Source: Octopus bimaculoides
Taxonomy: Eukaryota
Assembly (NCBI RefSeq): GCF_001194135.2
Contig: NC_068990.1
Coordinates: 31,183,864 to 31,247,863, forward strand
Direction of reading: 5' to 3'
DNA: 64,000 nucleotides
How positions within the stretch are numbered: position 1 is the stretch's first letter; every line of letters begins with the position of its first letter. The position numbers and the translations under genes were made by a program. The notes beneath the pieces are model-generated. The model was not told where the DNA came from. It was given only the letters and a program-made list of their open reading frames with translations, and did no database searches. Of this stretch, positions 36,801 to 50,800 are shown in pieces.

Positions 36801-39800
36801 TAGATCTCATCTCATAATGTTTACAGGATTCATGAATTGATGTCAGTTTTTACAAATAACAAAAAAAAAAAATATGATTGAAACAATTCCTAAAATTTGA
36901 TAAAGAATTATAAAGAATGAATCCTGAATTGCATATCATCAACACATATAAAATGCGATTCCTATTACCTATTGCTTTACAAGCAAAACAAATCTAAATA
37001 TCCCTTTTTCTCTTATAAAAGATAAAAAGAAATTGTAAATAACTGAGAAAAAATAGTATATTGCGAAAAGAATAACAAATGCCTAAATATTCTTGACAGG
37101 ATTGAATGACCAATAAAATTTACAGTGTAATCTGTATAAAATCTTGGAAGAACAATGTTTTCTTGCAATAGTTTTTTTTTAATACAAAAAAAAAAAAAAA
37201 TTATAATAAATAATTTATTTTTCTGAAGGTAATTCAAAGCCAAAATTTAACCAGATAAAATATTCATTGGCAACTTAAATATGATTTGAAAAGTCAGGCT
37301 AAATAAACTTTAAAAAAATTATTAAAATATGGATACAGTGATATTGAATAAGGACTACTATAATTGGAAAATTTCAGGATACTGAATAAAGTGTTTATAA
37401 ATTAAAGAGAATTTGTAAAACTACTCAAAACATTAACTTTATTGGTTTTAATTCAAGATTAATACTTAATGTTCATTCTTTAAAACAAATCATTAATAAG
37501 AGTTAATGTAAAATATCTACAATAAACTGTTATATTAAAAATTAAAAAAATAGTAAATCTATAGTTATCTAAATTATTTTTCGTCTTTTAATAATTTAAG
37601 AAAAATACAAATAAATAATGCTAGCTTATTCATAGTTAATGCAGTAATATGAACATTCTGGAGATCTTTCATTAAAGGATTGAATATCACATAAGGTTGA
37701 ATATGTATCTGTGAATTGCAATTTTCCCTTTTGGTTAATGTTTAATTTAATGCTGTTCATGAAGGACATTTGTAACAGCCCTAGCACTGGAAAGGAAGTT
37801 ATGGCTAAAAACAACAGACAGCACTATAAATACTGTCAAATAATGTAGTTGAAAGAGAGAGGAAGATAATGCAAATTCACCGTAAGGGCACAAGAAGCAT
37901 TATCCTACATTCTAGCAGAATAAGACACCAACAACAAAGGAAATGAGGAATGATATATATTTATTTATTCTGTGCATTTGCTATGAAAGGTGATGGATAT
38001 TGGATGTGGTTCTATGAATAAGGAAAGGCTTATAGAGCTCTGAGATGCAACTGAATCAACACCAGGAAAACAACCAGCCACTTAATCACATTCCAATATG
38101 GTGAACATAAAAGTCAGAAAGACTTTTTCCTCATCAGGAAGTGAGATAAACAGATAGTTGTAAATACTGAGGCTTATCCCATAAAAGAATGCACAACCTA
38201 ACACAGGTTAGTAATTACTGAATAAGAGTGTGATGTGCATGTGTGCATATGTGTGTATATGTGTGAAGCAGTGAGAGAGAGAGAGTGGGGCTGAATGTTC
38301 GATCAAAGAGAATGAATCAAATAGGTCTAGTGGCATCTATAAATATACTTGAATCATGGTACAATGAAGAGGAGACATTCATAAAGGCAGCATAGTACAG
38401 TGAAAGTGAAAAAGAGAGAGTGGCAGAAAGGTAAGTGATAAGAGGGATTTGTGACAGAGAGATGAATAATAGAGATATTAGAGAGATGAGAGGGTATCAA
38501 AGAGACAGGACAGTTTGCCTGCATATACAAATGTAGCTTCCCAAATTTGAAGTCATTTTGATGAGTGCCATGCATGAAACTCCCAGCCCTTGATTCAGTT
38601 TGTAACTTCTAAAAATTAAAAATGGAAAACATATATACTTATATTTTGCGTTTTATTTATTGTTTGTCCTACAAAACTTACATATATATACACATACATA
38701 TTCACATAAATATAGTAATGATTGTTTTCCTGATGCATCATTCAATACATGTGAGATTCACATTTATTTTTAAAAGGAAAAAGTTGATAATGACTTCAAA
38801 GTTTTGTCAGTTGTACCTCAGTTAAACTATCTGACCATTTGTAAGACTATGAAGTCAGTGTCAATGTTTTCCTATTTAATGTTCATGTTCCATACTGTCA
38901 CAGGTTGGATAGATGTGTGTATTTATATAATCAATATTTAACGATGAGATTGTTGTCCACTTCCAGTGATTTTTATGGATTGGATGGGTTATTATATGCC
39001 AAGTCAGTTCTTTTGGGAGTCACTACTCTTATAGACTGGCACTCATGTGTTTCTTTTGGGCTTGGTTTCTATGGCTAGATACCCTTCTTATCTCTAACCA
39101 CCTTACAGAGTGTACTGGATGCATTTTGCGGCAGACACAATAAAAAGGTTGTCATGTCAATGGCAAGACACATGTGCATATAGATTTGCCTTATATAATT
39201 TTACAAGTGATTTTCCATTTCTCCATGCTGGCATGGATTAGATAGTCTTCTCCAGCACAGCATCTTGCCATATGTTGCTGTTACTTCACATCTCCTTTGT
39301 GAGGTTCAACATCCTGAGATTAGCTTCTCTAATTTTTCTCGTTTTCCTCAATTTGTGGCAGTTTCCTTCTACTAAGATATCCTGACATTTCTTGACCCAA
39401 CTATTATCCTCCATACACATAACATGTCCATACGAGCACATTCTCCACTCTTACATACTACATCAGCTTCCACTTGTAGCAAATTTTAGTCTCTACTCAT
39501 TTTTGCACCATTGTTCACTCATACTAACACTATGCACTGAGCAGAGTATGCTGACCTCATTTTTCTCCAGTTGTCACCTTTCATTTACATTAAATGTTCA
39601 ATGCTTTGCTAACATTTCAAACACAGGCATATTTACAATCTATCCCTCACTTGGAGAGGTGAAACCCTTGTCATCACCATGTGTAATATATAGCTCTCTA
39701 AACTTCTATTTAGCACCTGAATTTTCTGAGTACCTCCTTCCATTGTGAATTAGGTCACTTTAGTAAAACAATTCACGAACGACCTTCATGGAGCATTCTA

Positions 39801-40085
39801 TGCACCTGAAAGAATTTCACAGGTGCTCTTACTATTTTCATTTTGAACATCTGTCATTTTTTAAGTCTTCCTCAACCATTGGCCTACTTGTGATAGTTTA
39901 TTTACACTGATCTGGTAGCCTGTTACACTACCTCAATAAATTACATGTGCTTGTGTGTGTAAGACTGTGTGGTTGAGAGGATTCCTTTCTTACATTATCC
40001 TGGGTCTGATCCTACTGCGTAAAACATTAAACAAGTATCCACTACCATAACCTCAGTGAAATTATGTAGACAAAAACTATGCATA

Positions 40086-40135
<50 letters not shown>

Positions 40136-43100
40136 AATGGGAAGAGGGGAGGAAGAGTGCACATAAATACTTTGTGGAATTTTCTTACATAAAAATCCAT
40201 CTCTTCGCACCCAGGTTGACTTTGATACATGTCCTTTACAAGACTGTTTTAAATTACTAAAACACTTGAAGTCAGTGCTCTAGTATGGCTACAGTCCAAT
40301 AACTGAAACCAATAAGAGAATAAAATAGTATTTCTGTGCTATTCCCAGTGGCTTCAAGTGTTATTTAAAAGAGGTACTATCACACCATTACTAGCTTTAC
40401 ACATCAATGTAATGAAGACTCAAACAACGACTGTTGCAAGGGTTGTGAAACAAGAATTGAGAGGCATGTGTATGATTTGGAATGTTAACATCTGTTATTT
40501 CAGATTCATTGTTTCTGAAGACAAAATCTTTTAGACAATAAGTATATATGTCTTAGGAGTAGGTTTTATAAACTCCAGCCTATCATTCTGAATTATGCAG
40601 GGTACCATTACTCTGTTATCGAGTTGGCATGGTCAGTCAGATGTTACTGAAATTGAAAGTGGTTTTCCTGTAGCTTTTCTATCATTTCATGATCAAATGT
40701 TTCATGGTTATTTTTATCATTGATGATGTTGTTTTAAATATAATGCTGTTTTTCACTGCTTGGAAGATTTCAGGTGTATAGCCTTATGCTACTGCAGCTT
40801 CAGTATATGCTAATTGGTTATTTACTTTATGCCTTTTGTCTTGTTTTTGCACTTCATGTAACTTGATAGACATAATGCAAATGAATATATAACTGTATAC
40901 GCACATTTTATTTTAAATTAAATATGAAAACAGTTGAGATAATACTACTTAGTTTTGCAGCAGTGGGATACAAATTCTAAATTAACATTCATGAAAACAA
41001 AGGAGAAAAAGATAATTAAAACTGAAAACCTCAAAGTATGAAATTAAATTTTTACATATGAATAAACTTATCATCATTATTAAAAGTTTTAGAAAGAAAA
41101 TATTTTTGATGTGATTCAACATATACATTCAGTAAAGAATTTTTAATTCTATTGCTAAATATGTATAGGCATCTCCTGTCTGCATGAAGTGAGTAAACTA
41201 AGATAATAGCAGTAGTTAATTGAATTCACATATATAAACAACTGTGTGCATGTAAAAGTATATGACAACAAAAAGTAAAGGCAGCAAGCTGTCAATAATA
41301 TATATAAACCCTCATCTGTATCAGTTACTTAAAAGTTTTATACAACTTTTTTTACAATTCTCCTTTCATAGATCTTATATGAAAAAAATCAACAATAGTC
41401 AAGTCGTCACAACACTTCTTATATTTTCATCTTTAATGTATATGTATATGTTACTCTTCAATATGATTCTTCATAATTCATATGATAGTTACTTTTTATC
41501 TATTCTTTTTTTATCGTTCTCATTCATTTGCATTTTCAAATATATTTTGGAAAGTTTCTTATGTTCAACTGACAGGTTAAGTGGTTGTTATGTTTGTAAA
41601 GGTTCAATAAAGCTCCCTTTCTAGAATAACTTCATTGTTTACTGCTACTCTGCTACCATATGAGACAAGGTAAGTTTATAGCTACTTGAGAAGCAGAAGC
41701 CTATGTATAAGATGTCACTTTAGCAAGACTGACATAAAAACATTGTCCAATGCATGCTGTTAGAAATGGTTCACTTTACTTGGCTTTATAACAAGGAAAG
41801 TATTGATCATTTACAAAGCAGATTATTATTTCTAAGCATTTCCAGCTTTCTGACAACTGTGATGTACATTACAAATTTTATATATGATTTGATTTGGCTG
41901 ATGATTTGCAATAAATATGTCAAGAAAAACTTGACAGAGATAGCAATAAAAGTTTTTAGTGATTAAGAAGAGCATATCTATTTATATACTTGTCAATAAT
42001 ACAAATATTATATAGATTTCTTTGTTCATGTTATTATGGAAAGTAATTATTTGATGTTGTTTTGTTGAACTTTTAAATAGTTACTTAGTCCTGATTTCAA
42101 AGAATTTAAATGAATGAAAATTTACATATATATTTTTCTTCATTCTGCTTTATGGGTAAGTAGAGAAATATTCATAAATAAGTTAAGATAGAATGTCTAT
42201 TTATTGTTTTGATATTATCTTACTTCAGTGCAATAATAACTAGTCTTTAAATAACAATCAGAACAATGAATTTTCCATGGTGATAATATTTCAAAGTAAA
42301 TAAACAAATAAATAAAATATCAATATCTGATATCTATATTACATAGTATACATTAGATTAAAATGTTAGTTTATCATAATCTTAAATTAGTATATACTTT
42401 TCATTAACATGATCTAGGGCCAAGATTTGCAATAAAACTAATGAGTAGTAAATTAAAAGGTTTCTCATCAATGATAATAGCAGATATACTATTACATTTT
42501 TAAATATAGTTTTTCATATTTTTTTCTCTGTGGAATACACTAATTGACACTGCAATTTCATTTATTTATGGATAAATTGTTGAAAGGCCTTCCCAATAAT
42601 AACTTGTCAGTGAAAATGTGATTACAATTGATGGCTATAAGAGAAGTTTTGAGGCAGACTAGATATACTAGGAGTGGGTTTCAGCTCATATTAGAATATA
42701 TAGATGTGTGTGTGTAAGTGTGTACATACAAGTGCAAATGTGTGTGTGCATGCATGTGTGTATATATGCACACACACACACATATATGTATACATATATA
42801 TATATGTATGTATACGTGTGTGTGTGTGTGTGTGTGTGTGTATAAAAGGTGCAGGTATGGCTTTACAGTTAAGAAGCTCACTGTGCAATCACATGGTTAT
42901 TGGTTTAGCCCCATAATGAGGCATCTTGGGCAAGTGTCTTTGACTATAACCTCAGACTAACCAATGCCTTGTGAGTGAACTTGGTACATGGGAACAGTGG
43001 AAGTAAGATTGTGTGTGTATGTGTGTACACACACATACATATATATGTATGTGTCCTTGTGTTTGTCCCACACCGCTGCTTGACAACAGGAGTTTGTTTG

Positions 43101-43350
43101 TTTACATCTCTAAGATAGCGATGCATCAAAAAATGTTGGTAAAATAAATGTCTGACTAAAAATAAAAAATGTACTAAGGCTGATTTGTTTGATTAAAACT
43201 TCCTTAAGGAAACCTCAGCATGGCTGCAATTGAAGTACTGAAAAAATAAAAGATATATGTGTATATGTGTCAGTGTACATAAATGTTTATATACATATAC
43301 GTATATTTATATACACACATATATATATACATATATGAATGTGTGTGTAA

Positions 43351-43407
<57 letters not shown>

Positions 43408-43418
43408 CACATGCACAT

Positions 43419-43454
<36 letters not shown>

Positions 43455-46027
43455 TGTGTGTATGTATATATACATATACACACACATGTGTATATATATG
43501 CACAAACACATATATATTCAGATATACATACAAAGATAAACACACACGTGTGTGTGTGCGTGCATATATTTATGTATGTATTTATATATACATATCTATA
43601 TGCATATAACTTCCAAAATAGAATTAGATAAAGGCCATATTTCAATAAATTTCATCGTATATTTTTAAAATCAAATTTCTTATGTTCACATATCAAAACA
43701 TGTCTTTAAATAGTTTTATAAATATTCAAATTCTGAAATTATACAGGTCACCAAGATTAAGTATTTATGTGCCATCTTAGAAAAATCAGGAGATGTAGGC
43801 AGCAAGATCAGCCTAAAAAAAATCACCTGATACAATCTAGAAAAACAGAGCTTTGAACAAGAGCATCAAACTAACCCTTTAGCATTTAAACTGGCCATAT
43901 CTGGCCAAAATATTCTACCAGTTTTATGTTCAAATCAGCCAGATCTGGCCTACCACACATACTCTACAATACAATTCTAGAAAAACAAAAACTAGTTACA
44001 TCATCCAAATCTCAAAGCTGCAAGATAATACATGTTTAATTCAAAACAATGTGAATAAATAAATATTACATTTGACAGAATTATCTGAAAGTTGGACAAG
44101 CAAACAACACTGCCAGACTAAAATCATTTGAAATAATGTACTATTGAAGTGTATTGAGGATTAGTACGACTGACCATCAAACAAATGAGTCATTTGAGGA
44201 TATGGAACAAACTTGAAGAAATGGGACTAGGAAGAGAATTTTTGGCAACTGTCAGGAAGAGAAAACTGCAGTATTTTGGGCAGGTCATCAAGGCCCAGAA
44301 CCTCAGCACCCACATACTGAAGTGAGGAAGCGGGTGACCAAGAAGTCACCGAGCTGGATAACATCAAAGAATAGACCAGAAGTTCTCTGGCTGAATGTGC
44401 AACCATGGTCAGAGAGAGATGATGCATGCATTCATGATCTCCAACCCTAAGTAATATAGGCATCACAGAAAAAACAAAAATCTGAATTTGTTTAAAATAT
44501 TGCTCATTTAGAGATATTATACAAATGTTTATTTGTTTTCTATTTACTTCTTCATTCAGATGCAAAACCTACCATTTTGCCTTATCAAGAAAGGTGTAAA
44601 ATACTAATATATTTACTTACTTTGTTAAAATATAGTGAATAGAGATAGAGAGTGTCACAGTGGTGACAATAACTAATAGCTCATAAAATGCATATGCAAC
44701 AATACATATCCATGTACATTGACTTACAAGAAAGAAGTTAGAAATAATCAAGTATTAGTAACCAAGGAAATATATTGTGTAAGATTTATGAAACAAAGCC
44801 ACCATTTTGAGATAAGAAGTACAACTGAGTAAAAAATTTAAAAAATCTCCAAAATTCTTTACTTACTATTTCTCACATTGAAAATGTGACTCAACTGATG
44901 CTGATAAATAAAGTCAAGTGCTAATAATAAGCATTAGTAGGAAAACATCTTTTAAATTAAATGAGTAAATATTGATGATCTTAATGCCTAAAGCAAATAC
45001 AGTGGCTAAGTTAAAAAATAAGCTCTCACAAAACATCAAGAGAAAAGGCTTTTACTGTCCTTTCTTTGTGAATATTGTAATGTATTAAGATAGATTGAAA
45101 AATATCATAAACAGCTGGGTTTTTAATTATACTAATTAAAATATTGAAGCATAGAAAGAAAAATCAGACTGTCAACATTTATCAACTGCATTTTCTAGTG
45201 TAATTGAATACATATATATACATACATATATATATATATATAAGTCAGTAAATAGTGGGGTTGTGTTAACCGCACGTGGAGAAATAATAGGAAAATGAAA
45301 AATAAGGCAGAATGCTAAACTGGAAGCATATTTTAATAAAGATTTCTAACAGGCTTTCATTGTGAAGCAAATTTTCAAGAAGAAGGAGAATGAAAATGTT
45401 TTTTACAAAGAAGTACAAAATGAAGAAAATAATATATAAAAAAAATAATATATAAAAAAATAAAAATACCAATACATTATATTGTCTTTGAGCTTTTGAA
45501 GTTCAATGGTAATTCCTGTATATAATGGTTGGAAAAATAAGGATGCATGNNNNNNNNNNNNNNNNNNNNNNNNNNNNNNNNNNNNNNNNNNNNNNNNNNN
45601 NNNNNNNNNNNNNNNNNNNNNNNNNNNNNNNNNNNNNNNNNNNNNNNNNNNNNNNNNNNNNNNNNNNNNNNNNNNNNNNNNNNNNNNNNNNNNNNNNNNN
45701 NNNNNNNNNNNNNNNNNNNNNNNNNNNNNNNNNNNNNNNNNNNNNNNNNNNNNNNNNNNNNNNNNNNNNNNNNNNNNNNNNNNNNNNNNNNNNNNNNNNN
45801 NNNNNNNNNNNNNNNNNNNNNNNNNNNNNNNNNNNNNNNNNNNNNNNNNNNNNNNNNNNNNNNNNNNNNNNNNNNNNNNNNNNNNNNNNNNNNNNNNNNN
45901 NNNNNNNNNNNNNNNNNNNNNNNNNNNNNNNNNNNNNNNNNNNNNNNNNNNNNNNNNNNNNNNNNNNNNNNNNNNNNNNNNNNNNNNNNNNNNNNNNNNN
46001 NNNNNNNNNNNNNNNNNNNNNNNNNNN

Positions 46028-46058
<31 letters not shown>

Positions 46059-47746
46059 TTTCTACAATAAATCAAATATGGTATAACTTAAGATAAAACT
46101 CATAATTTCAAAATCTAACAACACAACTATGAAAAATGAAAAATTAGTTTCATTCATCAAATAACTGAATAGCATCAAATAAATACAATATAAATAGCCT
46201 AATGAGTATTTTAACATAAGTCACAAGGGATACTACAATCAAGTAAGTTTTGGGGAAAAAAATACATTGTTACCTTCTAAGAACCAACATTAATATCTAA
46301 ATCAATCACATCAGTATATTTACAAACTTCCAAAGTAATGACCACATCTGCTAACATATAATCTAATAGAAAGTGTCAGTGCAAAGAATGAAAACAAATG
46401 AAAAGCTATAAATAACTGATGACTACTGCATTAAATTAAGTATAAAGAATAGCAGATCAATCATCAGTATTTCCTATTCCATTTGTCTGTTAATCATGCT
46501 TACACTATTCATTCTTGTTTAATCTACTCAACGACATTTTGCCTTACAGCAGCAATAGCAAATGTGGTCAATTATTTCGACCATTTAATGCAATACCATT
46601 GTCCAAATTAGAGGAAAAGCAAATATGTCAAAGTCAAACACTGATAAAAGAAGCAATCAACAAAGCTGATCTAACGCTACTTGGCATTGCAAAAACAAAG
46701 AAACAAAAAAAAATAAAAACATTTTTAAAAAAATTGTTGAAAGAAAATTCACTCTTTCATCATTCATTCTTTTGATGGTCAGCTTTAAAATAGGAAAACT
46801 TTTGCAGTGGCATACTGTAGATTGGCCACTCCTTTCCTTACACCTTTAATTGCAGCAAACACATAAAATTGGCTGCCCTGTGCAGCTCACACACCCTGTA
46901 CACCTCACGCGCTGCCACTAAACTTTTGCCATATCAGTTTTAATGAAATTTGCAAATTACAAATGTGAGATGAATAAGAAAACACTTTCTTAATGCAGAG
47001 TTTCAGTTTACACAATTTCCATAGACTTAAATTTTTTTTAATGAGTATTTTTGTAAGAAATAATACAAAAAATTCTATAGAAGATGATAGATAAAATTCC
47101 ACAATTATTCTAAAAATTATAAGATTGTTGGAAGTTTATAGAGAACTACGAAATAATTTTTTTCAAATTGTATTTTTCTAAAGTATTTGACTTTTGAGAT
47201 GGTGTATTGAAGGCAAGAACTTTTAAAACAACATTGTTTTGTTATACACTTACAATCACTTCTACCTTTAGTGCTGTTACCCATGATTGTTATCTTTATG
47301 TGAAAAAAGTTAAGAACCTTAACAATGGAATCTTGTAATATTATTCTGCTTTGCTACCACTATGCAGGTAAAGCTTTTAGAAATTTCAGCAAGCTGTGCT
47401 GTACTATATACTTTTATTTTTTTTTTCATATCAGAGAAAAAATGCAATTGGCTGGACTTAAATCTGGAGTTCCATTAACCCTTTCGTTACCAACCCAGCT
47501 GAAACCGGCTCTGGCTCTGATTACAAATGTCTTGTTTTCCCAAGTCTTGAATTAAAATCTTCCACCAAACCTTAGTCACAATTTATGTTCCTAACACTAG
47601 CTTAATGATAACTGAGTTATTTTACTAAATTCTTTGTTTTATTTAAAGTAATTGAAAGAAACACAGAGCATCTAAAAAAAAATACAGTAACAAAAGGGCT
47701 AAATGAAGCACAATAACTGCTTCACTGAGCTGTAAGATTTTATAAA

Positions 47747-47801
<55 letters not shown>

Positions 47802-50800
47802 CTTTTACTGTTTCAGCCATTAGAGTGAGGCTGTGCAGGGGCATCACTTTGAAGAATTTTTAGTTGAATGAATCGATTCCAGTACTTAATTTGTTAAACC
47901 CGGTACTTATTCTACTGGTCTCATTTGCCAAAACACCAAGTTACAAAGATGTAAACACACCAACACTGGTTGTCAATTGGTACTAGGAGACAAGCATAGA
48001 TGAAAAGACACACACATATGTATACACTATGGGATTCCTACAGTTTCCATCTATCAAATCCACTCACTAGGCTTTGGTTGGCTGGAGGCTATAGAAGACA
48101 TGCCCAAGTTGCCACACAGTGGGACTGAACCCGGAACCACGTACCTGGGATATATATATATATATATATATATAATCATCACACACGCACACACACTTGC
48201 TTATAAAATCTTACAGCTCAGTGAGGCAGTTACTGTGCTTCAGTTAACTCTTTTGTTACTGTGTATATATATATATGTATATATATATATAACTATATAT
48301 ACCTATCATCATCATCATCATCATCATCGTTTAACATCCGCTTTCCATGCTAGCATGGGTTGGACGATTTGACTGAGGACTGGTGAAACCGGATGGCTAC
48401 ACCAGGCTCCAATCTAATTTGGCAGAGTTTCTACAGCTGGATGCCCTTCCTAATGCCAACCACTCAGAGAGTGTAGTGGGTGCTTTTACGTGTCACCCGC
48501 ACGAAAACGGCCACGCTCGAAATGGTGTCTTTTATGTGCCACCCGCACAAGAGCCAGTCCAGGGGCACTGGCAATGATCTCGCTCGAAAACCCTACAAGG
48601 CCAGTCAGGCGGTACTGGCAACGGTCACGCTCAGTATGGTACATCTTATGTGCCACCCGCACAAGAGCCAGTCCAGGGGCACTGGCAACGATCTCACTTG
48701 GCTTGTATATATATATATATATATACCTATATATAATACGTATATATCTGTGTATGTTAGGGTGACCCCAGAAAACAAATTTGAGAAATGTTGAACTCTC
48801 AGTCCATCTGCCTGAAATTTGAAGATAATTCCATAGTATTTAGTGTTGCCACTAAGTGATTCAGTATTTCATTTTCAGCATGAAGTAAAACTTAATGTAA
48901 TAAATAACTTGTAAGCGAGAGATAGTAAAAGTATTCCATTTATCAATATATAAAATAGTTAGTGCAGTGACCAAATTATCTGAACAATACAGCAAACACA
49001 TATATATTCCATATGTCGGCCAAATGAGCTCCTCCTCTCCCTGCTTGTGTAAGGCTATACTTCACTCTATGCCATAGGCTGTATTCCCTAATCAGTATTG
49101 TTATAGCTTTTGTCATGTGTAAATGTGTCCAGTGCTCCACTGCCGTAATGTTTTGATTAAACATGTCTGTTTCAATGAAAAGAAGTGAAAAACAAATTTG
49201 GCTTACTGGATATAAGATTGAAAAGATTAGTAGTAAAAAAACTCCTATCAGTTGGAGATGTATTATTGTGCCTTTTCTATCTCACACATGATAAGAAAAC
49301 AGTGAAGGAAGGATCAGATATTGTGTATTCAGAAATAAATGAGATCTGGGACAATGCTAAGATACCAATCAGGGACAAACAACATGTGCTTACCAAGATT
49401 CAAAAAAACGAATGAACAATATAGATCACTTCAAAAAACAAAATCAAGAAGAAATCAAAATCAAACTGCAAATGAAACCAAATTTAAGGATTGCTTGGTT
49501 GACTTATTTGACATTGCTCATGCTGATGCAATGAAAATGATATCAAATGAAGAAGATCGTTTATTTCTAAATGCTCAGAGAGAAAAAGTAAGGCGAGGTT
49601 ATATGAGTGCTATCGACAGGAATTATGTTGCAAAGCAACAGAGGAAATGCAAACGGGTAAAAGAAGAGAAGGGATGTAGAGATTTTTGCAAGAAAGAGCA
49701 ATCAGTTGTTACTTTGGAAAGCAGCAGTGATAACAGTAGTGGTGAGTGTAATGATGAGCCACTACCTAGATCATCCAAAACTCCTCCCAGTAAAAGATCA
49801 AAAACTTATGAGCAAATAATACAGGCTGATGTGGCAGTGGCTTTGGATGGTGCTAAAATAAGTGATCACAGTGCAATGTTAGTAGTATCTGCAACTGCTT
49901 CAGCAGTAGAAAAGATATTCCATATGCATATGCACATAACAAGTAATGTACACGTATATATGTTTGCTGATATTTATATATGTGCGTGTGAGTATGTATA
50001 TTACGATAACACATCAGCCTTGTGGCACTACCAAATATTGTTCAATCATACTGAAAATTCACTAAGGACGTTTTTATACCTAACCTCATAATCTGCAGGA
50101 GTGAGATATATAAAAATTAAGAAATGTAAAAATCACCCTTATAAAATGGGTCACCCTAATATATATATTTTAAATAATTGATAGGGAAGACGGAGTGTAC
50201 TGCAGGCTTTATGTAGAACAATGATCATTCTGGCTTAAATCTGCACTGCTCCCTAGTGGGTGGGAAATGATATAGTGGAATCAAATGCACCCCACAGTGC
50301 AGAAGAAACCTCACCAGGTTACATAATACGTTACAGTGTTATAATACATGCATACATTTTCTTATTGTGTGTGACAGGATGGTACACAATGTTTGGATGC
50401 TACATTTAAAAATCTCCTATCTAAACTTTAATTTTAGACATAACCTGTATATATATATAAGTGAGTAGTATAAGATGATTCAGAGGATCATGTGACTATG
50501 ATAGAAAACTCCTCTTACAGACTTGGTTATCAGTTCACATAGCAATTAATTACAAAGAAGTGTAACAGTGTGTCCATGAAGCTGAAAACCAGAAAACCCG
50601 ATTGATGAAATTATTTCATGAGGAGTATATAAAACTAAAAAGTCAGGAGGTGTAAGAGGTGAATATATATCTATTTAGCCACGTGACTTCTATAGAGTCA
50701 CAGCTATTTAGTTTTTATTCCAGTATGCAAACATGTATGCATAATTTCTTCCATACTGAAATTAATACTACATGAAGAAGGTTGCGAAACAGCCATGATC

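Noticed and set aside
46515-46775. 86-aa + strand ORF with an internal acceptor
   Set aside because: The 3' half is an A-rich low-complexity run, there is no donor, and no recognised homology.
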